From the NCBI GenBank assembly GCA_913020725.1, contig CAJWCD010000030.1, positions 1 to 28,488 on the forward strand: a DNA stretch of 28,488 nt, read 5' to 3'. Position numbers and translations under genes: made by a program. The stretch is from an uncultured Pseudomonadota bacterium (GTDB lineage: Bacteria; SAR324; NAC60-12). The notes below the pieces were generated by a model. That model made no database searches. It saw only the letters and a list, made by a program, of their open reading frames with translations, and was not told the origin of the DNA. Positions 21,821 through 28,488 of the stretch are shown here, piece by piece. Numbering within the stretch: position 1 is the stretch's first letter; every line of letters begins with the position of its first letter.

Positions 21821-22879
21821 GTGCCCACCAAGGTTCTCCGGGAGGTCAACGTCAGCGATGGCGAGTTTCTGGTGCTCTTGGGACCATCCGGATGCGGAAA
21901 GTCCACGCTGCTCAACATCATCGCAGGACTGGAGACGCTCAACGAGGGAGAGATTCGGATTGACGACTACATGGTCAACAACATGGAGCCGAAAGACCGC
22001 AACATCGCCATGGTCTTCCAGTCCTACGCGCTCTATCCCAACATGTCCGTCCGGAACAACATCACCTTCGGGCTGAAGCAGCGCAAGGTTTCCAGTGCGG
22101 ACATGGAGAAGGCGCTCCAACATTTCTCGAAGATGCTCAAGGTTGATCACCTGCTAGAGCGCAAACCCGCGCAACTCTCCGGAGGGCAGCGTCAGCGTGT
22201 GGCGATGGGGCGGGCGTTGGTGCGCGATCCCAAGATTTTTCTCTTTGACGAACCGCTTTCCAACCTCGACGCCAAGCTCCGGGTGGACATGCGGGCCGAG
22301 ATTAAGAAGCTCCACCATCGCCTTGGAACGACGATCATTTATGTCACCCACGATCAGATCGAGGCGATGACCTTGGGGAACCGGATTGCCGTAATGAAGG
22401 AGGGAGATGTGGTGCAGTTGGGTACGCCCAAAGAGGTGTACTCCGATCCGGTCAACCGCTACGTTGCGGAGTTCATCGGTTCGCCTTCCATGAACTTCAT
22501 TCCGACGAACGTGGAATCACAGGAGGGCGGATTCGTGCTGCGCCTGACCCCCAAGGGCCAGTCGCCCGTTGCGATTCCGGCTCCGGATTTCCTGAACGGA
22601 CACGAAGGCAAGGAGGTGACGCTGGGGCTGCGTCCGGAGCAGATCACCAACCTCCCACAGTGGAGCGATGCCGTTGGGGTTCATGCCATCGACATTGAGG
22701 TGGAAGTCACCGAACCCACGGGTCCGGACACGCTCGTCTACACCGAAATCAACGGAGTCTCTGTGATCTCCCGCTCCCATCCGGAAAACGTCGTGGAGGA
22801 CGGAGCCACCATGCCCCTCAGCCTCAGTATGTCGCAGTCCGTGTTCTTTGACCCGCAAACCGGGGAGCGAATCCGCTAA
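21821..22879 (+). CDS. MalK/UgpC/MsmK-type sugar ABC transporter ATPase, apparently N-terminally shortened
   Basis: GEFLVLLGPSGCGKST, DRNIAMVFQSYALYP, LSGGQRQRVAMGRA, FDEPLSNLDAKLR, YVTHDQ, FIGSP, C-terminal TOBE region. Confidence 0.88.
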   Translation: MPTKVLREVNVSDGEFLVLLGPSGCGKSTLLNIIAGLETLNEGEIRIDDYMVNNMEPKDRNIAMVFQSYALYPNMSVRNNITFGLKQRKVSSADMEKALQHFSKMLKVDHLLERKPAQLSGGQRQRVAMGRALVRDPKIFLFDEPLSNLDAKLRVDMRAEIKKLHHRLGTTIIYVTHDQIEAMTLGNRIAVMKEGDVVQLGTPKEVYSDPVNRYVAEFIGSPSMNFIPTNVESQEGGFVLRLTPKGQSPVAIPAPDFLNGHEGKEVTLGLRPEQITNLPQWSDAVGVHAIDIEVEVTEPTGPDTLVYTEINGVSVISRSHPENVVEDGATMPLSLSMSQSVFFDPQTGERIR

Positions 22880-22891
22880 AACGAGGTTGCC

Positions 22892-24139
22892 ATGAGCATC
22901 AACACCACAAACATTCCGGAGCAGATTCGAGCGCTGAAACGGCGGGTGCGAGAGCAATGCCCCGACGTGACCGAACGCTTCCAGGAGGTGGAGGCATTGG
23001 TCGCCGAGGAGGTAGCCGCCATCGAAGCCGCCACCCAGCGCGGCGAATCCGTGATTCCGGAAATCGCCTTCTCGGACCTTGCCGAAAACCGGGTGAGCAA
23101 CGAGACGGTTACAGCAGTCAAGCGTCGCGGAGCCGTGGTGCTTCGTGGGGTTTTTGCGCGGGGTCAGGCTTCGGACTGGTATGACAAACTTGGGAGCTAC
23201 CTTGCCGACAATGGCTATTACGAGCAGGACGATCCGGTGCTGGACCAGTACTTCAGCGACTTGAAGGCAGGGCGTCCGCAAATCTGCGCGGTGTACTGGT
23301 CGAAACCGCAGGTGGAAGCGCGGCAGGGTGAGACGCTTGCGAAAACACGGTCCTTCCTGAATCGGCTTTGGCGTTATCAGGAAAACGGCACCCAGCATTT
23401 TAATCCGGATCGGGAATGCACCTATGTGGATCGCGTCCGCATGAGGCAACCCGGAGACACCACGCTGGGACTCTCCGCACACATTGACGGAGGGTCCGTT
23501 GAGCGCTGGCTGGGAGCGAATTACCAACAGGTGTATCGCTCTCTGTTTGAGGGCAATTGGCGGGACTTCAGCCCCTTCAACGGGGCGTCACGTCCGGAGG
23601 TGGAGGGCGTGGACTCGCCAGCAGTGTGCCAGGCGTTTCGGACTTGGCAGGGCTGGACGGCACTGACTCCGCAAGGTCCAAGAGATGGAACCTTGCAACT
23701 CATTCCCACCACACTCGGCATCGCCTATGTGCTGCTGCGCCCGTTTCAGGAGGATGTTCCGGAAGACCTGCTTTGTGGAGCCGTCGAGGGTCGCGCCCAA
23801 GCCATCACGGAGGAGTGGCATTCGTTGTTACTGCGCGGGCTGGTTTCGATTCCGAAAGTGGAACCGGGCGACACAGTGTGGTGGCATTCGGACGTGGTCC
23901 ATGCGGTGGAACACGAACACCAAGGCTCCGATGTCAGCAGCGTCATCTACATCGGATCCGCCCCGTGGTGCGACCGGAACATGCGCTATCTGGAACGCCA
24001 GAAGCAGCCGTTTCTGGAAGGACGCAGTGCCCCGGATTTTGCCCCGGAGGATTACGAGGTGGCCTACCCCAACCGAGCCACGCTGGACGATTTGACCGAC
24101 CTCGGCAAGCGGCAGATGGGCTTTGCTCCGTGGAGTTAG
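22892..24139 (+). CDS. DUF1479 (YbiU/Gig2-like) putative Fe-dependent oxygenase
   Basis: YWSKPQVEAR, DRVRMRQPGD, LSAHIDGGSVERW (HxD), FRTWQGWTAL, PGDTVWWHSDVVHAVE; SD GAGG upstream. Confidence 0.88.
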   Translation: MSINTTNIPEQIRALKRRVREQCPDVTERFQEVEALVAEEVAAIEAATQRGESVIPEIAFSDLAENRVSNETVTAVKRRGAVVLRGVFARGQASDWYDKLGSYLADNGYYEQDDPVLDQYFSDLKAGRPQICAVYWSKPQVEARQGETLAKTRSFLNRLWRYQENGTQHFNPDRECTYVDRVRMRQPGDTTLGLSAHIDGGSVERWLGANYQQVYRSLFEGNWRDFSPFNGASRPEVEGVDSPAVCQAFRTWQGWTALTPQGPRDGTLQLIPTTLGIAYVLLRPFQEDVPEDLLCGAVEGRAQAITEEWHSLLLRGLVSIPKVEPGDTVWWHSDVVHAVEHEHQGSDVSSVIYIGSAPWCDRNMRYLERQKQPFLEGRSAPDFAPEDYEVAYPNRATLDDLTDLGKRQMGFAPWS

Positions 24140-24777
24140 GGCTGGCGCCGGACCCCGAACTCGACCTGTTCCAGATAACGATACTCCTCACGCTTGAAAA
24201 GTGAGGGGTCCGCCAGAAACGCCTCCAGCATTCCAGTCGCATCCACTCCCCAGAACAACTCGGAACCCACTCGGAAGGTCGGCACCCCAAACACCTGATG
24301 CTGCAAGGCTTCGGTGGTGTAGTCCGCGAGTCGCTGCTTGACCTCCGGATTCTGGGTGATTTCCTGAATGTTGTTTACGCCCACACCAATCCGCTTGCCC
24401 ACGTCCTGCCAATCGGAATCGCTTTCGGGCACTCGTCCCTCCTGCCAGACGAAGCGGGACAGCTCCCGGATGCGCCCCCAGTCGTCTCCCAAGTGAACGC
24501 AGAGCCGTTGCAGTGCCAGCGGATTGAACGGGTGCTTGGGCGGACAGTGCATCACAATACCGTGTTGCTGGGCCTGCCACTGCACAAAGCGATAGGTGAA
24601 GGTGCGCTTTCCCGGAATCTCCACCGGGCCGAGTGAGCCATGCTCCTTGAGCAGTGCCCCAAACAAAACCGGACGACACACGGGTTGGAGGCGCACAAAC
24701 AACTCACCACGCTGCTCAAGCTGGAGGAACACGAAAGGAGAGATGAGATCGAAGTACCAAACAGGACGATCGGGCAT
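24136..24777 (-). CDS. 2-hydroxychromene-2-carboxylate isomerase / kappa-class GST (DsbA-like fold)
   Basis: WYFDLISPF, PVLFGALL, HPFNPL, VFGVPTF, LFWGVD; ATG at 24777 lies just after the trmL stop. Confidence 0.85.
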   Translation of the reverse strand: MPDRPVWYFDLISPFVFLQLEQRGELFVRLQPVCRPVLFGALLKEHGSLGPVEIPGKRTFTYRFVQWQAQQHGIVMHCPPKHPFNPLALQRLCVHLGDDWGRIRELSRFVWQEGRVPESDSDWQDVGKRIGVGVNNIQEITQNPEVKQRLADYTTEALQHQVFGVPTFRVGSELFWGVDATGMLEAFLADPSLFKREEYRYLEQVEFGVRRQP

Positions 24778-24779
24778 GG

Positions 24780-25256
24780 TCAGAATTGGCCGAGTTGACG
24801 GAGAGCGTCGTAGGTGACGATGGCGGCGGCAGAACTGAGATTGAGGCTGCGCACATTGCTTTCCAACATCGGAATGCAAAAGCCCCGGTCGGGATGCGCT
24901 TGCAGCCATGCCTTGGGCAGTCCGGAGGTTTCCTTGCCGAAAAACAGGTAATCGCCGTGCCGCGCCTGCATTTGCGGGTACGGCGTTTTGGTGTGGACGG
25001 AGAGCAGATGAAAACGGTCGCTGGGCAAGCTCTGGAAAAACGCCTCGGCGTCCGGAAGGTGTTCCCAACTGACCCACTGCCAGTAGTCGAGTCCGGCGCG
25101 TTTGAGGTGGGTGTCGGTCAACTCAAAACCGAGCCTTCCCAAAAAAATCAGGTGACAGCGGGTGGCCGCGCAAAGCCGGGCGATGTTGCCCGCATTGGGG
25201 GGAATCTGGGGTTCGTGGAGAACGATGTGCAGGGGGGGATCGTCGTAGAGCCTCAT
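24780..25256 (-). CDS. trmL: tRNA (cytidine/uridine34-2'-O)-methyltransferase
   Basis: PQIPPNAGNIARLCA, LKRAGLDYW, FGKETSGLP, IPM, RSLNLS (SPOUT). Confidence 0.95.
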   Translation of the reverse strand: MRLYDDPPLHIVLHEPQIPPNAGNIARLCAATRCHLIFLGRLGFELTDTHLKRAGLDYWQWVSWEHLPDAEAFFQSLPSDRFHLLSVHTKTPYPQMQARHGDYLFFGKETSGLPKAWLQAHPDRGFCIPMLESNVRSLNLSSAAAIVTYDALRQLGQF

Positions 25257-26305
25257 TGGCGCGTTTCAAGTGCCAGCGCAATCAGCCGATCAAGCAATTC
25301 GTGGTAGGACACCCCGGATTCGATCCAAAGCCGGGGGTACATGCTGATGTTGGTGAAACCCGGCAGGGTGTTGAGTTCGTTGAGGACAAAGGAGCCGTCC
25401 TCGCGCAGAAAAAAATCCACCCGCGCCAGGCCTCGGCATTCGGTCGCTTGAAACGCTTGCACGGCGGTGGCACGGATTTGCTCGGCGCTTTCCGGAGCCA
25501 CCGGAGCGGGTACGATCAGTTCGGCGCCCTTTTCGTCCACATACTTGGCTTCGTAGGAATAGAACTCATGCCGAGGCACGATTTCGCCCAGCACGGGTGC
25601 GGCTTCCGGACGTTCGTTGCCCAACACGGCACACTCGATTTCACGACCGGCCACGGCTTCTTCCACCAACACCTTGCGGTCCAGTGCAAAGGCAACCCGC
25701 AAAGCCTCTTCGTATTGTTCGGCATTCCGGACCTTGCTGACCCCCAGCGACGAGCCTTCGCGGGCAGGCTTCACGAACAGCGGAGTTCCGAGTGCGGCAA
25801 CAGCCTCGTCATAGGGGACGGATTTCGGATTCCAGAGGGTGCGGGATTTTGAGACCGGGATGCCTTCTGCGTGCAGCAGTCGTTTGCTCACGTCCTTGTC
25901 CATGCAGATCGCGGAACCGGTGACGTCGCAGCCGACATAGGGTTTGCCGAGCAGTTCCAGCAAACCTTGCAACGCGCCGTCCTCGCCTAGCTTGCCGTGC
26001 GTGATCGGAAAGAACACATCTACTCCGCTAAGGGCAGCGCCCAAGACGCTGGGCAGCATTTCCTGACTTCCGGGTCGGGCCACCGGAACCGAGGTGTCCA
26101 GATGCGCCTTGCGGACATCCTGAATGTCGATCAGGAATTCCGCATCGTGTCCGAGAAACCAACCCCCGTGCTTGTCAATTCCGACCAGCACGACCTCGTA
26201 TTTTTCACGATTCAGCGCCTGCTGGATGTTGTACGCGGAGAGCAGCGAAACCTCGTGTTCGCCGCTCGTGCCGCCACAGAGGATGCCGACCGTGAGCTTG
26301 GTCAT
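25253..26305 (-). CDS. ddl: D-alanine--D-alanine ligase
   Basis: GGTSGEHEVSL, HGKLGEDGALQG, FVKPAREGSS, FYSYEAKY, ARVDFF, NELNTLPGFT. Confidence 0.96.
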   Translation of the reverse strand: MTKLTVGILCGGTSGEHEVSLLSAYNIQQALNREKYEVVLVGIDKHGGWFLGHDAEFLIDIQDVRKAHLDTSVPVARPGSQEMLPSVLGAALSGVDVFFPITHGKLGEDGALQGLLELLGKPYVGCDVTGSAICMDKDVSKRLLHAEGIPVSKSRTLWNPKSVPYDEAVAALGTPLFVKPAREGSSLGVSKVRNAEQYEEALRVAFALDRKVLVEEAVAGREIECAVLGNERPEAAPVLGEIVPRHEFYSYEAKYVDEKGAELIVPAPVAPESAEQIRATAVQAFQATECRGLARVDFFLREDGSFVLNELNTLPGFTNISMYPRLWIESGVSYHELLDRLIALALETRQ

Positions 26306-28086
26306 GTCTGCTGGGCCGAAGCCTTCACGCGGATGTGGAGTTCGTCAAGTTGCGCGCTGTCCACATCGGAGGGCGCTGTGGTCATCAGGCAGGACGCCTT
26401 CTGCGTTTTCGGGAACGCGATGACGTCGCGGATCGAGTCGGTTTTGAGCAGGAACATCATGATGCGATCAAATCCGAGCGCGATACCTCCATGCGGAGGA
26501 GCTCCGTAGGAGAGTGCGTTCATCAGAAATCCGAACTTGGAGGCGATTTCCTCCTCGGTGAGTTTGAGCAACTGGAAGACGCGGTTTTGAATGTCCTCCC
26601 GGTGGATCCGCATGCTGCCGCCGCCGACTTCAACCCCGTTGAGCGCCACATCGTAGGCGATGGACCGGACCTTGCCGGGATCACTTTCACCAAACTGCTC
26701 CAAGTCCTCCAGATTGGGCATGGTGAAGGGATGGTGGGTGGCTGCCCAACGCTTGTCGGTTTCGCTGTATTCAAAGAGCGGAAAATCGGTGATCCACACA
26801 AAACGATACACGCTATTGTCAATCAAGTTACGGCGGCGGGCGAGTTCCTTGCGGAGGTTGCCGAGCGTGTCGTATACGATCTTGGGTTGATCCGCGCAGA
26901 ACAGCACAAGGTCGCCCACGCCTAGTCCCACGCGCTCTTGCAGCGCCTGCTGTTGTTCGGCGGTGAAAAACTTGGCAATGGGGGATTGCCAGCCATCTGG
27001 ATTGCGCTTGATCCACGCCATGCCCTTGGCACCGTAAATGCGGGCGAAGTCGGTGAGGTTGTCCAAATCCTTGCGTGAGAGGTCCGCTCCGTTTGGAACA
27101 CAGATCGCTTTGACGCTGCCGCCTTTGGCGATGACCTCAGAAAAGACCTTCAACTCGCACCCTCCGGCGATGTCGGAGATGTCAGTCAATTCCATCCCAA
27201 AGCGCAGGTCCGGAGCATCGGAACCAAAACGCTCCATCGCCTCGTCATAGCTCATGCGGGGAAAGGGCGTTTCCACCTCCACCCCAATCGTCTCCTGAAA
27301 GAGTTGGGCGAACATGCCCTCGATGAGGCCGAAAATCTCTTCCGGGCGCGTGAAACTCAACTCGAGGTCAATCTGCGTGAACTCCGGCTGGCGGTTGCCG
27401 CGCAAATCCTCATCCCGGAAGCAGCGGGCGATTTGCAGATAGCGATCGTAGCCGCTGACCATCAACAACTGCTTGAAAAGCTGGGGCGACTGCGGCAGTG
27501 CGTAGAACTGTCCGGGGCTGACGCGGGAGGGCACGAGGTAATCGCGGGCACCTTCCGGAGTGGATTTGGTGAGGATGGGGGTTTCGACCTCGAAGAAGCG
27601 TTGCTCCTGCGTGAAGTAGTTGCGCACCACCTGCATCGCCTGCGAACGCAGCATGAGGTTATTTTGCAGGGTCGGGTGCCGCAGGTCTAGGAAGCGGTGG
27701 GTCAAGCGGTGCTTCTCGTCCACCGCTTCGCGGTTTTCGAGAATGTAAGGCGGGGTTTGCGAGGGGTTGAGGATTTCCAGCGTTTCCACCAGCACCTCGA
27801 TTGCTCCCGTCTGAAGCTTAGCATTGACGTTGCCTTCAATACGATGCGCAACCTTCCCCCGGATGGCCAGCACATATTCGCCCCGGATGCGATCGGCCTC
27901 CTGATGCGCGTCCTCGTTGATCTCCAGCTTGAAGACCACCTGCGTGAGGCCCGTGTAGTCCCGCAGGTCTACGAAAATCACGCCGCCGTGGTCCCGGCGA
28001 GTCTGACACCAGCCTGCCAGCACCACCTCCGTGCCCACGTCCGAGACGCGCAAATCTCCACAATAATGTGATCGAATCCACTCCAT
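26302..28086 (-). CDS. aspS: Aspartyl-tRNA synthetase (probably non-discriminating)
   Basis: RRDHGGVIFVDLRD, TPEGARDYLVPSR, LPQSPQLFKQ, RCFRDED, HHPFT, PPHGGIALGFDR, IRDVIAFPKT. Confidence 0.98.
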   Translation of the reverse strand: MEWIRSHYCGDLRVSDVGTEVVLAGWCQTRRDHGGVIFVDLRDYTGLTQVVFKLEINEDAHQEADRIRGEYVLAIRGKVAHRIEGNVNAKLQTGAIEVLVETLEILNPSQTPPYILENREAVDEKHRLTHRFLDLRHPTLQNNLMLRSQAMQVVRNYFTQEQRFFEVETPILTKSTPEGARDYLVPSRVSPGQFYALPQSPQLFKQLLMVSGYDRYLQIARCFRDEDLRGNRQPEFTQIDLELSFTRPEEIFGLIEGMFAQLFQETIGVEVETPFPRMSYDEAMERFGSDAPDLRFGMELTDISDIAGGCELKVFSEVIAKGGSVKAICVPNGADLSRKDLDNLTDFARIYGAKGMAWIKRNPDGWQSPIAKFFTAEQQQALQERVGLGVGDLVLFCADQPKIVYDTLGNLRKELARRRNLIDNSVYRFVWITDFPLFEYSETDKRWAATHHPFTMPNLEDLEQFGESDPGKVRSIAYDVALNGVEVGGGSMRIHREDIQNRVFQLLKLTEEEIASKFGFLMNALSYGAPPHGGIALGFDRIMMFLLKTDSIRDVIAFPKTQKASCLMTTAPSDVDSAQLDELHIRVKASAQQT

Positions 28087-28122
28087 TTTACGTTGTGCTT
28101 CTGTTAAGAGGTAAATTGAAGC

Positions 28123-28131
28123 AGTCTAGCA
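28123..28131 (-). promoter_or_regulatory. Putative extended -10 promoter for aspS
   Basis: Minus strand TGcTAGACT about 36 nt upstream of the aspS ATG; no clear -35. Confidence 0.35.
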
Positions 28132-28174
28132 GTTTTTGCGGGGGTCGGCATTGCAAAACTGTTGCTGTCGAGAG

Positions 28175-28339
28175 TAGGCTTAATGTGGGCAAACAGGTGA
28201 AGCAATGCCTCAAGAAGGGTAGCACCGGGTGGCGCACCGGCGCATCCGTTCTGCAAAGATCGCTCATCAGGGGCGTGAACACGGGTACGCCACCCCGTGC
28301 TACCAGATCGCATTTCACCTGTTCCCCGACATGAGCCTA
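28175..28339 (-). ncRNA. Candidate structured ncRNA / long rod-like hairpin, unassigned
   Basis: Nested complementary segments: UAGGCU/AGCCUA, GAACAGGUGAA/UUCACCUGUUU, GGUAGCAC/GUGCUACC, GGGUGGCGUACC/GGUGCGCCACCC, CGUGUUC/GGAUGCG; several internal G:U pairs on the minus strand. Confidence 0.55.
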
Positions 28340-28415
28340 TTTTGGAGAGGAGCGGTTGGCGTGTCGGATGGCGTCCCAAACGACCACCCCAATCCGGTAA
28401 AAAAGATCAAGGCTC

Positions 28416-28488
28416 CTATGCTCTCTGAACGGTCTTGCCCAAGGCTTCGACCTGTCGGCGCTCCTGCTCGTTCGCCGGGGTCACCAGC
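28416..28488 (-). CDS. Probable 3' end of an upstream gene (partial, unidentified)
   Basis: Open frame from the window edge, ...LVTPANEQERRQVEALGKTVQRA-TAG, with protein-like composition. Confidence 0.4.
   Translation of the reverse strand, partial: LVTPANEQERRQVEALGKTVQRA

Noticed and set aside
21807..21830. GGGC...GCCCACCA resembling a tRNA acceptor minihelix or att scar
   Set aside because: Only 4 bp plus ACCA, no T-arm, and it overlaps the ATPase start; consistent with chance
25541..25564. Van-type D-Ala-D-Lac ligase
   Set aside because: The omega loop FYSYEAKY retains the Tyr typical of D-Ala-D-Ala ligases; no van cluster
28121..28168. Imperfect hairpin just upstream of aspS, as a T-box or attenuator
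   Set aside because: No T-box motif, specifier loop or U-tract terminator; it overlaps the predicted promoter
28250..28270. CUGAUGAG on the minus strand, like a hammerhead ribozyme core
   Set aside because: The required GAAA segment after stem II is absent (AGAAC instead) and stems I and III cannot be built

Overview
Bacterial core-genome window; gene content and protein style suggest a deltaproteobacterial or SAR324-like lineage (inference only). It opens with the distal part of an unusually GC-rich rRNA operon (16S 3' end, tRNA-Ile, tRNA-Ala, 23S, 5S). The operon runs without a visible terminator into tRNA-Val(GAC) and infC-rpmI-rplT. Next come an SDR, a large secreted TPR-CHAT protease, an ABC-F ATPase, an unknown acidic protein, rsmD-uppS-cdsA-dxr-rseP, folK, hemE, a stand-alone Zn-finger DnaC/IstB-like ATPase, argC, an orphan sugar-ABC ATPase plus DUF1479, a kappa-GST/HCCA isomerase, and aspS-ddl-trmL. 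The ORF track misses the best hidden feature: a 115-aa ArsC/Spx-like selenoprotein (21317-21664, minus). It has an in-frame TGA in a U-T-S-C motif and a SECIS-like hairpin, and its stop overlaps the argC start (ATGA). Other oddities are a ~165-nt rod-like structured element upstream of aspS, a tRNA-Val with C instead of the near-invariant U33, and a non-AUG start for infC. No CRISPR array or transposase was seen.
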